Shown in pieces: positions 1 to 12,633 of a stretch of 64,000 nt of DNA. Source of the stretch: Podarcis tiliguerta (taxonomy: Eukaryota). The notes beneath the pieces are model-generated. The model did no database searches. It was not told the DNA's origin and saw nothing but the letters and a program-made list of their open reading frames with translations. A program made the translations under genes and the position numbers. Position 1 is the first letter of the stretch. Each line of letters begins with the position of its first letter. The stretch lies in assembly GCA_965153285.1 (NCBI GenBank), contig OZ229114.1. One strand, 5' to 3'.

Positions 1-329
1 AAGACCTCTACTTGAGAATCTGGAGTACTAACTCCTCTGGGTCCCTTCCAATTCTACAGTTCTGTGATTCAATGATGCCTGTCAGAGCACATTGTACTGG
101 ACTAGATGTGCAAACATCACAACCTGGTATAAGGAATTTCATTGATTGCCACCTTTGCAAGTACCTGAGGCTGCGGCATATGGGTGTGATCTCACCCTCC
201 TATCTGAATTTATCCTTGACCTAGGAATTCTTGATCACACCAGCTGGTAGAGCACCCAGCAGCTGGGGAGGGGAAATCAATTCTGGTGCCCCTCCCTGCT
301 TCCAGTTGCCCATCTTCTTCCATCTGCAT

Positions 330-705
330 GGATGATGGACAAAATCCACAAGATGATTGAAGGGGGGGGGATTCTGTTCAGTTTTCATTTTAATGCGAAC
401 TTACTAACAGATGAACTGTACCTATTCTTTGAAATTCTCTGAATGTTGTGATTCAGTTCTTTAACCAAATAATGTGTAGAGAAATTCAAATATCAGTGGA
501 AATTTGCATATATTTGTGCGTATGTTTGTGAAAGTAGCATACAAAATTAATTATATTAGGGGAAATTGCTTGCAAAAAATGTATACAGTAGGCAAAATTT
601 GTATTTAAAAAGTATATATTCCACTTATGTGGTAATGCAAAGAACTGAACTTAAGGTTGAAAAAATTAGAAATGAAGAGAAAGAAAGCAAAAAAATTAAC
701 AGATT
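330..705. mobile_element. Degraded AT-rich DNA-transposon remnant
   Basis: Similar in reverse orientation to 46985-47225 (gaaaaaattagaaatgaagagaaa vs ccttttctcatttttttcaa). Boundaries approximate. Confidence 0.4.
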
Positions 706-2218
706 GAGTTTGACAAACAAAACTGATATGATGTTATAGTCAAGGGACTTACACAGCAGGCATAAACTTTATGTTCTCTCCTTCTGTGAGATTGCAAATT
801 AATTGTCTTCTCCATCAGAATAATAAAACAGCTCTGGATGAAATGGGATGTTAGTAATAATTATATATTAGCTCCCTTATGCCTTTGCCTGGGTATATCG
901 AATAAATTGGAAACAAGATAGTTTATCATCCTCTCTGAATTTTGATGTGCCTGTTCATGGCAGCCAAAGCTTCCCCATTTCTTGCACAAATGCTGGGTTA
1001 GATTTTTCTGCATATGTGCAAGTGACAAAATGGACTAAATTTCCTGGTAAAAAGCAGGTTGATGCTTCCAGCAAAATCTGCAGTAAATTTTAAAGCATCA
1101 AACTTTCTGGTGTGCTTTTAGTGAATTAGTGAATCGGCTGTCTGTCTCAACCTCCTTAGGCTTCTGTTCGACCTAAGGTGGATGTTCTATTAGTGCAAGG
1201 ATTTCTCCTTGCACAACAGAATGTCACCCCCCCTCTCTTCCTCCCATGCCCCCCTTTATCTGTTCTGGGGGCTCCCTCAACCTCAAGAGGAGATTCGTGG
1301 ATCTCATAGGGTGCATGTGGGGTGAGAAGAAGGGAAAGTCCCATTGTGCTTGAGCTAATCCGTGCACTAGGACTTTGATTTAGTTGAATATTGTCCATAG
1401 GCAAAAATGTCCAAGTTGAGTGAGTCTGGCAGGAAATGCTATTCAGGCAGTACATATGTGTCTACAACCCATAAAGCCAAGAAAACGAAATGAGTAAGAG
1501 CTGATGTTTGCTGCAAGTGTTGATGCCTAGACATTAGAGGCTGTTGCCACAACAGCAGTGCAGGAGAATGGCCATTTAACTACGTTTATTCATGAACTTT
1601 GGCCACCTGAAGCAGCTGCCTCAGCATACCTCATGGGCAGGCAGGTCCTGTTGACAAGTGCCTAAGTAAGCATGCGTAAGCATGGATAAGCTCATCATGG
1701 AGGCATTATTGCCCAAAAGGATACAAGAGAAGAGGGAATATATTAAGAACAGGTTGTGTTCTGATTTTACCTATGGGACTGAGCATTGGGAAAGTGCTTG
1801 TTAGCCCCCTGACAGTTATGCTATGGGATTCTGCAGGGCAATGTTTTATCCCCACTTTTGAGACTTATGTGAAAGGTTATTCATACATTAATACTAATCA
1901 TAATCAGATAAAGATAGCTCACACAGTGCATCCCAGTGAACCTGGCCTTGCCACTGTACCAGTGGGTTGAATGCTGTCTCAGCAACCAATCTAGCCCCTT
2001 CCTTGTTCTGTCAGCAGGTTTACATCTTTTGCATTGAAAAAATCATTGTCCAAACTTCATGCTTTTAGCCATTCATTCATCCCTTATTATGGTAACTTTC
2101 TCAAAGCGCAAAGCTAATCCAAGGATGGAGGGCTGGGTGGAGATTTTTTGTGACAGTGGACTTGAGAGGCTAGCCACCTTGTACTGGCTATCAAGTTCTT
2201 ATTCAAGCTTGCAGACCT

Positions 2219-2219
<1 letters not shown>

Positions 2220-2256
<37 letters not shown>
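2220..2256. repeat. (TG)n microsatellite
   Basis: Uninterrupted TG run. Confidence 0.95.
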
Positions 2257-2261
<5 letters not shown>

Positions 2262-3325
2262 CATGTTTCCTCCCAGAGTTCCACCCTGGAGAAGAAACAT
2301 ACCTGTTTGGACTGAGAGCACAGAGGCCTCGGTGCTCTAAAAATATTACTTGCACCTTCTTGGCCATCATAAGTTCTGCCATCTTGGCAGCTTAAGTTCT
2401 CTCTGATCAATCAGCCTGGAGCATGGGTTCCAGCTCTTTGTGTATATAAAATATTTGAAAATGTGAACAAGCACTTTGACTGCATGTGTATGAATGAGTA
2501 CAGTACATCTCTAACTGAAATGCAGCAGAATCTAGGAGGTATGTTCCTGGCAGCACTGGCAATCACAGCTGCCACGGAACACCATTTTTTCATGAATGCT
2601 AGATTAGGACTATAAAGAGAGGCAAAAGATTGAAGCCCTGCTACCCTCCATGCTAGAGTCCCTTTCTGTGTGGGGGCAGAATCAGCAGTTTCCTTTGGGG
2701 AATGTGGGCGTGGTTTGCCCTAGCAACCTGACAAAACCCACCACTGAGGCCCGTCCTGGATCTGGGAATCACCATGTTAATTTGCTATAATTGTTCCCTT
2801 TTTAGGGGAAATGGGCTGCCATTTTAATTTCCCAGAATGCCCTGAAGCATTGGGAACATTATGGGGAATTAAACTGGAGGCTGCTTGATTCCACTGTGTG
2901 AAGCTGCCCAGCATTCCTGCTGATGCCGTCACCACGAGATAGACAAACTGGTATTTCTCTGATGCACGGACATATAACCCATGCTGCTCCCTGCGTATGG
3001 AGCCTCATTTAGGTCAAAAATATGAGAGGAAGCCTTTTGTTTTGTATACTTCTTGGCTGGCTGTTTAATGTCTCTCTCTTTGTTGTGTGTATATGAGATC
3101 TGTTCTCTTGCTAGGCTGTTTACAATATACAATGCAATTCCCTTCATTTGAACAGATTGGAGGAATGGGTGTGGGGTAGGCTGCCTCCAAGAACATTCAG
3201 ATAGCAGTCACTGGTGCAAACAGGCCTGTTTACACAGGGTTATGCACAGGGCTGCAGCAGACCATCCCATGACACTGATAATAGTGGTGGTTGAGAAGAA
3301 ACTCTAAAACATCTAAGAAAGCCTC

Positions 3326-3440
3326 AAGTTTCTTGGACTACAATTCCCATCATCACTGATGTCATCACTGGTCCTGTTAGCTAGGGATCATGGGAGTTGT
3401 AGTCCCAAAACATCTGGAGGGCCGAGTTTGCCTATGCCTG
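3326..3440. mobile_element. hAT-type palindromic MITE, 5'-truncated copy of the 62750 family
   Basis: ggactacaattcccatcatc...gatcatgggagttgtagtcccaaaacatctggagggccgagtttgcctatgcctg. Confidence 0.8.
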
Positions 3441-3793
3441 TGATAGACAATGCTTTAATGTCAGAGAAACCATTCATGGCTACCTCCCACTGAGCTACAG
3501 TCATTATCCAAGGGTCTAGCACAGGCCTGAAATTTCACTGAGCCCTTGTAGGCACCCAAGCTCAACATGTCTGGCAGCACTGCAGCACTCCACAGAAATG
3601 GGTCACTTCAAACAGATTTTCAAAATCTGTTTTAGAGGCCACACACATGGGGCAGCATCCTAGCAACCCTCCGGTCTATCAAGACATTTTGCCTGGTCTA
3701 TCAAGCCATTTTGATCAGGTTCTATGGATGGGGCAGTTTTCTTTCTACACTTTGTTTCTTTTCAATTGGAGCAATACAGGATTCATGGAAGTA

Positions 3794-4037
3794 CAGTCAT
3801 ACCTCGGGTTAAATGTGCATCAGGTAGAGCGTTTTCAGGTTACGCGACCCGGAAATAACGGAGCGTGTTACTTCCAGGTTTCGCCGCTCACTCATGCGCA
3901 GACACTCAAAATGACATCACGCGCATGCGCGGAAGTGGCAAATCGCAACCTGCGCACGTGCAGACACGGGTTGCTTTCGCTTTGGGATGCGAACAGGGCT
4001 CTGGAACGTATCCCGTTCGCATCCAGAGATACCACTG
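3794..4037. mobile_element. Tc1/mariner (Tigger/pogo-like) MITE, CpG-rich
   Basis: TA|CAGTCATACCTC ... GAGATACCACTG|TA: imperfect TIRs and TA TSD; same family as 47808 and 56624. Confidence 0.8.
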
Positions 4038-4703
4038 TAGTATTTTCTAATGGAGATCAACAGTTGCCTTCCAATGAAAACAAAATCTGCCTGTGAACTT
4101 GGTTGGGAATGGTCAGCCCTGCTCAGCTTTTGAGCCAGAAGCTATCTTCCTCTCTGCCCATCCTGCCCACCCACTTTACTGAACTTAATGCTAATCAGTA
4201 CACACACACACACACACACACCCCAGAGCTGCATTGGCTGCCAGAACAAAATAGCCAAGGATTCTGCCATGATTAGCCAAAATCTGACATTGAGTAACGG
4301 TCCATTAGAAACAGCTGCCTTTCCTCAGAACGTTGTCCTCAATGACCTTGGCATTTTGCAGTGTTACATGGGAAGCATTACTTATTTTATTGCCATTTAT
4401 ATCCCCTTAAAAATGGCAAAATCAACATAGCAGATTGCTAAACCAGCAATGGCAAAGAGCTGTTACCATAAAGCCTAATATTGTCATAAGGTTTGTTTCC
4501 AAAGAACAAATGTTGGAACACAGCTTGGACTCTGTTGCCTCCCCTGGCCTATAAAATAGGGTTCAGGAATGGATTTGGGACTGCTGCTTTCAGTTCTCTG
4601 TTAGGATTGCCAAGCCCAGACTTTTGAGATGTCTCTTTTCCTTTAAAATGAATGTAAAAAGGGGAATTTGAATGAGTATGGGATTTGTTCCACCATAGTG
4701 ATG

Positions 4704-5095
4704 TATTATTATTATTAGTAGTAGTAGTAGTAATAATAATAATAGTATTGGTATTATTAATTTCCCACCTTTCACCCTAAAGTCCCAGGGTGGGCTACAA
4801 TTAAAACGCAATGTTAGAAACAGTGTAAATCAACTTGCAATCACAGAAACAAGGTGGGTCCTAAAAATATACATCTCAGGTGTCAAAAGCCAGGGTAAAG
4901 AGGTGCATCTTCAGCATTCACCAAAAGTTGTATAATGAAGACAGCAGATATGGCTCTGCGGGGGCAGAGGTCCACAGATTAGGGGCGGCCACTGAGAATG
5001 TCTCCTCTTGGGCTGCTACACATCCCATAAACCTCTGGAACAACTAAGAGGGACCCTCTGCTAATCTTAACTCCCAGGGGTTCTGTAGGGAAGGT
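4704..5095 (-). mobile_element. L2-type LINE 3' fragment with simple-repeat tail
   Basis: (TAT/TAG/TAA)n tail followed by the reverse complement of the 3' region also seen at 47540-47805. Confidence 0.6.
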
Positions 5096-5234
5096 CATCG
5101 GCACCTGGTATATATTTACCCCATGATGCCTCTTGTGGTCCAGTTTAACACTCACATCTTAGATGCCTAAGCTCCTGATGCAAGGACATTAGCCTGTGCA
5201 TTTCCTTGCTGAGACGGAGGCCAAAACTGTTCTT

Positions 5235-5443
5235 TAGGAACATAGGAAGCTGCCTTATACCTGTGCATCTGGTCCAGCATTGCCTATTTAGTCTGCCTGT
5301 CAACAGCGTTGCAGGGTCACTGACAGAGATCTTCTTCGCGTTACCTTTTACCTGATCCTCTTAAACTGCAGATACCAGGGACTGAATTTGAGTCTTTCTG
5401 CGCACAGAACATACGCTCTGCCGCTGTGCTTTGGAGCCTTCTC
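5235..5443 (-). mobile_element. tRNA-derived SINE
   Basis: Reverse complement of the 48135 family (taggaacataggaagctgccttatac...). Confidence 0.65.
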
Positions 5444-6489
5444 TCTTTGTCACTCTGTTTCCTCGTCACACCTGATGCCATGCTCATTCTGTTCATTTGA
5501 CTTTTTTAAAAAAGTATGCAGTTACGTGAGGCTTGTGTCATGGCGATTGTTTCCATGTAAACAGAAATAAGTGAGTGCCGGGCAACAGAAGCACAATGTG
5601 TGATTGATGTGTTTAGAGCAAACAGAATGCAGATACTGCTCACAGGGTGTTTTGACGCAAACCTCTGGTCTTCTGAGCCTTGGGTATGACAGCTATTTCT
5701 CACTCCACAGCTCAGATATCTAGAATAACACGCATCTCAATACTTGCAGTTCCATCAGCCCCCTCGTCCCAGCCGCAGGGGCTTCTTGGTAGCCAAAAAA
5801 GGAGCTGTGCGAAGCAGCATGGGTGGGTATCTTACCAAATAACAATGGTGCCAGCAGTTCAAATCCCTAGTTAGGATTCCAGGCTCTTGCCCAGAATTGC
5901 TAACTAGCTAATGTCAATGCCAAATCTTACAATTTAATTGTATAATGTATTGGTTTATTTATAACCCATTTCTTTCTCGGTGTAGGTCAGGGTTGCCGAC
6001 CATGTGCCCACAGGTTCCATGGTGCCCAGGAAGGCTTTCACTGGTGCCCCAGGGCAGGTGACCAATACTTTGAGCTTTCAGGAAAAGAATAGCCAAGTCT
6101 CTTGCCCTCCCAGAAAGAAAGTTGTGAGATAAAAAGTGCAAATACTTTCTGAGCAATTTTTGTGAAATGAGAGTCAGTGTAGTGTGGTGACCTTGTGTAT
6201 TTTTCCCTGATACTGAGGAATGCCCCCTGTTGCTGTTAGACAGTGACAGCCTCAGTGTGGGTTTCTCTCTCTCTCTTTCTGTGTGCGCCTAAGTATTGTG
6301 TGATTTCCATAGCCATAACCAGCAGGACGTAGCTGTCTTCCCATGATAAGCATAAGGTTGTCAGGGCTGGTTGTCTCTCGAATTTTATATTATGCTATGT
6401 TCCATCTCTAGAGTAACCATTTTATGACCGGTACTCCCAGCACTCTTTAAATATTCAAAATGTTGCCACTCGTCCAAAAAGGTTGGTTC

Positions 6490-6641
6490 TCTTTCTCCCA
6501 CTTCTCCTAATAATAACCCTATGAGGTAGGATAGGCTGGGAGAGGGACTGTCCAGAAACAACCAGTGAGTTTGTGGCTGAGCAGTTGTTGTGGCAGGGAT
6601 TTGAACCTGGGCCTCTCCGATCACTATGTCACACTACCTCT
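6490..6641 (-). mobile_element. MIR/CORE-like tRNA-derived SINE fragment
   Basis: aataaccctatgaggtagg and gggatttgaacctggg (reverse B-box) motifs typical of CORE SINEs. Confidence 0.6.
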
Positions 6642-6686
6642 CAGTAAAAAACTGAAGCTATACCAGCATTTCACTTCCTTCTGCAG

Positions 6687-6833
6687 GTTCTACTCTCCTG
6701 GCTGAGCGACTGGGCCCCTCTGCACCAAGCTCACCCACCTCATCTCCAAACTCTCCCTCCGTCCTCTGCAGTGGCATTTCTGATCCCATCCTGAGTACAT
6801 GTGGATCTGGCCCACTTGGCAGCTCAGTCAGTG
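6687..6833 (+). CDS. NEURL1: NEURL1 penultimate coding exon (147 nt, phase 1-1)
   Basis: Acceptor cttccttctgcag|, donor |gtaagt. Translates (G)[48 protein letters not shown](G), resembling the recalled vertebrate NEURL1 segment GSTILAERG...SDPLLSTCSSGPLGSSAG. Joins in frame to the RING exon. Confidence 0.93.
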
Positions 6834-7202
6834 GTAAGTACTTCTACAGCACCAAACTATACCCCTTCCAGCCTCAATTATCGCACCTTGTAAGATCCCT
6901 TCCTAAATTCATTTTCCCTTCCTGCCCCAAGAAGTGCAGGAGCTGCACTTTGGGGCAGGCTTCGATCTCTGCTCATTTGCCATTGCAAAATTCCTCTCCT
7001 CTTTTCTTTGTTTTAAAAGTGATTTTAGATTTTATAATGGTGCAGTATTGGTGATATTTTGTTGTTTTAACATAATTTTGTAAGCTTCCGAGAAAGCTGT
7101 TCAACAGTGGAATGGATTCTCTCCTTCCTTGGAGAGGTTGGATGGCCACCTGTCGTGGATGCTTTAGTTGAGACACAAATCTAGATGCAAGCCATGTTGG
7201 TT

Positions 7203-7347
7203 CTTCCTCCACAGTTGGCAGCAGTAATGTTTCTGAATACCAGTTGCGGGAAACTGCAGGAAGGAAGGGTGACCTTGTTCTCGGGTCCTACTTGCAGGCA
7301 CTGTGAGAACAGGATGCTGGACTGATCCAGGAGGATTTTCTTATGTT
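7203..7347 (+). mobile_element. CR1-like LINE 3' end
   Basis: cactgtgagaacaggatgctggact...gatccaggagg...ttcttatgtt, shared with 37285-37452. Confidence 0.6.
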
Positions 7348-8473
7348 TGTACTTGAATTTTGATGAGTGGACCCCAATGATCAGACACACTGCCTGCCAT
7401 TCTTTATCCCTTGCACATAAACAAGGACTGACTTACACTAAGCTTAGGCTTAGGCTTCTGTGCACTCGGGACACAGGCAAGCAGGTGTTTGGATCATGTG
7501 AAACCCTACAAATGTGCAGCTGCTTCTTCCTTGCAGACAACTACACCAACCACATTGACGTCTATAAGTAGGGCTAGGCCACATGCCCAAGGCCAGATGC
7601 AGGTCCAGAGCCTGTTTCTACTCCTCTGCAGGTACAGGGTGATACTTTCACACAGATAATGGATGTAGGGGGCTTTAGAAGTGGCCTTGTGGCAAGTTAT
7701 TGTTCTCTAGAAATTTATCAATGCCCAGTGTTCATCACTTTGAAGAGATACCCTCCACCCCAACAGACCAATGAGACAGTTGTCTGGAGATGCAGTTTTG
7801 TACTTCAGTTCTTACAGACACGGACAGAGAACCAAATCCACTTATGGGAGAAAAGTAACACTTCTGCAATTGCATGTTTGTGTGCAGGTTACACATTCAA
7901 ATCCAATTGATATGCCCAATGAGCCCCCAGACTCTGAGACTAGACTATATTGCACTAATTTGTATACACCTCTTTCTTTGGCACAAATGGGTTTTGCTTC
8001 CAAGATCCAAGCCAACAGTGACTTTGGAATATATTTGACACTGACCGAGAGGTAGATGGATGAAAAGACTACAGGAGCTAGGGAAATCTACTAGCAATAG
8101 GGGGAGGACGCCACGTTCTGAAGTCCTTATTGCGCTTCTGTACTGGTATTGCAGCATCCTATCAAGTCATGGCTGGCCATCACATTTTAGTAGAAACTGC
8201 GGGGGGGGGGGGGAGGATAATCTTGACCTCTGCAGGAAATTGAGTACATTGAGTGACATATTGGAACCCATGAATGGTCCATCTGACACAGTATTGGCCA
8301 TCCTGATAGTGGTCAGATAGATGCATCTGGGAGTTACAGAAGTGGGGTGATGTTCTCTCTCTCATTGTCTTGACCTCTAGAATATGATGTGTTGGACCAG
8401 CAATCTTGTTTTTGATATCCCTGGGTAGAGATGAAGACATATAAAAAGAGTGACAGCATTTCTTGTATTGCAG

Positions 8474-8715
8474 GCACAGCTCCAAACTCTCCCGTCAGCA
8501 TGCCAGAGTCCCCCCTTACCCCCTCCATCTCAGGTTCCTGGAATGATGAGTGCACCATCTGCTATGAGAACATGGTGGATACCGTGATTTACTCCTGTGG
8601 ACATATGTGTCTGTGCTACACCTGCGGGCTCAAACTCAAGAAGATGGCCAATGCTTGTTGTCCTATCTGCAGACGTGCCATCAAGGACATCATCAAGACC
8701 TATCGCAGCACCTAG
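8474..8715 (+). CDS. NEURL1: NEURL1 terminal coding exon, C3HC4 RING finger of E3 ubiquitin ligase
   Basis: Acceptor tcttgtattgcag|. Encodes (G)[16 protein letters not shown]...[56 protein letters not shown], the Neuralized C-terminal RING; stop TAG at 8713-8715. Confidence 0.96.
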
Positions 8716-11700
8716 AGCAGCATGGCAGGAAAAGGGTAGGGGCAGCAGAGGACATGCTCTCTTATGACAACTCAACAGAACAGGGTGGGGAGGGGCTGTC
8801 CAGCTTGCCAAAATTCCCATCCTTCCCTGTGCAACTAACTCTGAATGTTGCTACATGTGGGCAAATCCCAGAAATTTGAGGTCTAAACATTTCCTTCCTT
8901 CCTTGGCATCTAGCAGAGAGCTACTAACAATCTGATGTGCATCCGTCAAGAAAGGTTGAATTGCATTCCTCCTCTTCCCCTAGCTCTGGCTCCACTCACC
9001 CACCTTCCTGCAAGGATCAAATGATGCAGAATAATCAGATTTTCTTGGGTATGTTAGCAGTTTCATTATGTGAATGAATTCAACATTTTGGACGTTTAAG
9101 TGGAGAAAAAGAACAAGCCATGTGAGCACTGAAACCACTTGCCAGAGCAAGAGGGATGGCCTCCCCCCATAGAAATATCTCTTGCAAGTGTTTATTCCGA
9201 TGGGAAGGAACTGCCTCTGCCAGCTTTCCTAGTGGCCACAAATGCACATCAGTGGCAGCTGGATCCAAGAGAATGTGGCGTATGCTGGTGCTAAGGAAGG
9301 TGATCTTTGGGTGCTTCTTCTTGTACTGTGCTGCACATGGGAGTCTCACTGTTAACTGACAGCCTTCAAGTTCTACTTTCTATAAATGCTCTCTTCCTTT
9401 CCAATCCAGTCTGTTCACCCCACCCTTGGAAGCAGCTGCTGATAGTGCTACAGCATGACACTGCATCCTTTATGAGCATTTCCCCCTGCTGGTTTCCTTC
9501 TTCTTTTTAAAGCATTGCACCAGGAGGCTTTTTCAATGGCCAACAGGGGTGCCTTCACACCTGTTTTCTGCAAATGATGGAGTACATTTTAGAAGCCATA
9601 AGGAAGAAGGCACACAAAGGCCTTTTATCAGGACACTGAACATCTGTCTCTGCTTTTAAGGAAAGTAAAAGCATCGGTAATTTAATAACCTTTGGCCAAG
9701 CTGAATGTGTGACACAGAGCTGCATCTATTTTGTTATCATGAAAAACGAGAGACCTGAAGCAGTTTGTCTTAGTTTTTAAAAAATGTTTATTTGGTTTTA
9801 TGAAGGATTTTTAAAGTATTCTTCCCAACATGTGAAGGACAATTGTTCTGGCCTTTCTTGCTCCCAGCACTGTGAATCTACCTGGCTTGACTGAATTCTT
9901 GGCGTTTCCCTCCATGCCTTGCTGCAGCTGATTGTGCTGTGATGGACAATAACAAGGCCTCATTCTTCAGCAGCTCCATATCTTCTGTGTTCCATTTGAC
10001 AAATCCCACATGCATCCGGAACTGCAGCTTATCGTCACCTGCCACCAAGTGGGCTAACTACTTCTGAAATGCCACCAAATACCCCAGCTGGGAGAAACCC
10101 ACAGCCCAGTTCATCAGCCTCAGCTCCCTAATATGAACACCAGAGAGAGTTAGGTAAGAAAAGAGGTAGATTAAGAAAGCATTCAGAAAGGGACAGCAGA
10201 TTGCTGGTGTCTGAGATTTTCATTTCCCCCCAATGAAAAGTGTTTCGCTTCACCAACTTAGTGGACAGTTTTGCCCTCATCAGAGTCACGCCAGGCTAAA
10301 TGTACAGGCAATTCCCATGTTGTGTGTGCGCCGTTTTTCGCTGCGGGATGCAGCCCCTGTGCAAATGGAGAGTTGCCTGTATAGCATTGAGGCTGTAAAT
10401 GTAATGATGGCCAACTTATATTGGGAAGGCAGAAAACTCCTTTAATACAGATGTCCTTAAAAAAACACAAGAGGATTGGGGCACAGCATTTCTAAAAGAC
10501 CCAGTTCCCTGCAACACTTAGCAGCCGCTGCCTGTAAGGAAAAAGTTAGGAGACTCTTGTCTGAAGTATACCCAGCATGGTAATATTCCTGGACTGGACT
10601 GATTCTTCTAGTACTTGCTGTCTGAGCACTTGCGGGTGCTTCAGCCTGTGCTGGACCTAGCTAATCCACAGTTTACAATAGGGATGGGGAAATTGTGGCT
10701 TTCTAGATATCATTCAACTTCCATACATCCCAGTGAGCATAGCCAAGGGAAAGAAATGTTGGCAACTGTAGTACAGCATCACCTGGAGAGGCGCAAGTTC
10801 CCCCATCCTTGGTTTATGGGGATCAGCACAGTGGTTGCTGAACCACCTCATTGACACCTGCCTCATGCAGGTGTGGTCCAAAGAATATAGATAACTGGTT
10901 TCCCTCCATCCAGGCATTCCTAGTCAACTTGCCCCTAGGACTCATGATCTGTAAAGATACTGTGATGTGCAATACTAAGCAATGGCCCCTCTTGAAATTT
11001 AGTGTCCATGTTGCTGGATGTGCAGAAAAGGCCTCAGTTAAAATTGCCTCTGTTTGGGCATATGACCCCCTGCACATGTGGTGTTCAAAAGAAAAGCCTG
11101 CCTGGTTTGGCCCTCCGTCCATGCTGGCTTGGTCATGTGCCGCCATTGCATGAACTGGATCCAGCTGCTGGAATGTTACTGCAAATGCCACTTTGAATAT
11201 TTGCACACAGCCAACTCCTCACTGGCTGGGAGCCAGCAAGCACTTTGCTGTTGGTTGTCAATCTTAAGTAGACCCTTATCAAGGCAATGGATATTGTACC
11301 ATGTGATAGGTTACAGGCACTTCAGAATAAAAAACAATGCAGGTGGATTGTAGCAATCCCTTGCATAAAGGAAAACTGACTCACCTAGTCACAAACCAAA
11401 AATAGAAGCTATAGTTCCTAAGAGTTTGCTCACTCACACTAGTCTTGGCCCACATAAATTAGCATTTTTCCTACCCCCCCCAACCAAAAACCATTGTGTC
11501 TTGCTTTTTGTCTTGCCACCTCGAGGTGCTCATCTGTGCTCTCTAACTGCACTCGAGTCCCTAAAGAGCTTCCCATTCCACTAGTAACTTGCATCTGGCC
11601 CTCTGCAGTGTCAACCACTTGCAAAGCATTTTTTAAAAATGAGCACAAAGCCTCAAACTCCATAGCCCATGACATAAGAGAACCAGATGTAGACGGGACA

Positions 11701-12486
11701 ACCATATGATTTATCTCTGCCTTTGGCAAGTAGAACATGGAAAGTTAATTTATGCCCCTCAAGGCAGGAGCCCTTTCCTACTGTGGCACCATAAGATCAT
11801 TTGAACCAGGATCTGACAAGACCATTCTCACTCTGTGTGTGCGTTGTCTTCCGTTGAGTTCATTGCATCTATTCCAGTATAAGTTGTGTGAAGAGAACAT
11901 CTGGTACTACCTTTCATGCCCTATAGCAGAGATGGGAACCTTTGGCCCTTTAGAAGTTGCTGAATTTCCATCAGCCACAGCCACCATGACCAGTCTGGGT
12001 CAGGGAAGATCAGAATGACAGCTCAGCAACATTTGAAGGTTCCCCACAGCTGCCCAAGGGCCATAAGTAGATAAGAAAATGACAAACTAAGGCTGTAGTC
12101 ATATGCCCACTTACTTTGGAGTTAGTCTTTTTGCACCATCACGGCTAGAAACAGGCTGCGTTCATTCTGCAAGGTTCCTATCAAATCCAGTCTCCTCCAC
12201 AGCTACTGTATAAAAAGAGAGAGATAACATTTGTTTCAGCAGTTGGGGCAAGACATAATATGCAGTAACATAGGGAAGAGACAGGGCCGGCATCGTCTGG
12301 AGATTTCATGCTAGACACATTCCCCTTGATCTGGTTCTGATTTTTTGTGATCAAGGAGCTCCTCTTCCCTGAATAGTTCCCTCCGTTATCTGAAGAGAGG
12401 AATTAGGTCTGCATGTGTATTTCCTTCCCAATAAAATATTTGCTGCCTCTACTCAGCTGATTGAGGCAGAGTGTAGGGACAGGAGC

Positions 12487-12633
12487 CAGTGGCGTAGCGT
12501 GGGTTGTCAGCACCCGGGGCAAGGCAAGTAATTTGCGCCCCCTAACCCGTGGATTTGCGCCCCCTAACCCTAACCCCCAGATGTTGTGCCCAGTGCGGCC
12601 GGCCCCCCCTGCACCCCCCACGCTACGCCACTG
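12487..12633. mobile_element. hAT MITE (147 bp) in the NEURL1 3'UTR
   Basis: Perfect 17-bp TIR CAGTGGCGTAGCGTGGG; perfect 8-bp TSD ACAGGAGC (12479-12486 and 12634-12641). Confidence 0.93.

Noticed and set aside
3647-4096. 149-aa ORF
   Set aside because: Open because it spans the GC-rich MITE; no recognisable domain or splice context.
5680-5874. ORF containing ITRISIL, superficially like the NEURL1 NHR2 end (ITQIRIL)
   Set aside because: No other NHR similarity and no matching donor; the real upstream exon appears to lie before the window.
8431-8473. ATG start of the 94-aa RING ORF
   Set aside because: Intronic; the true exon begins after the AG at 8472-8473.
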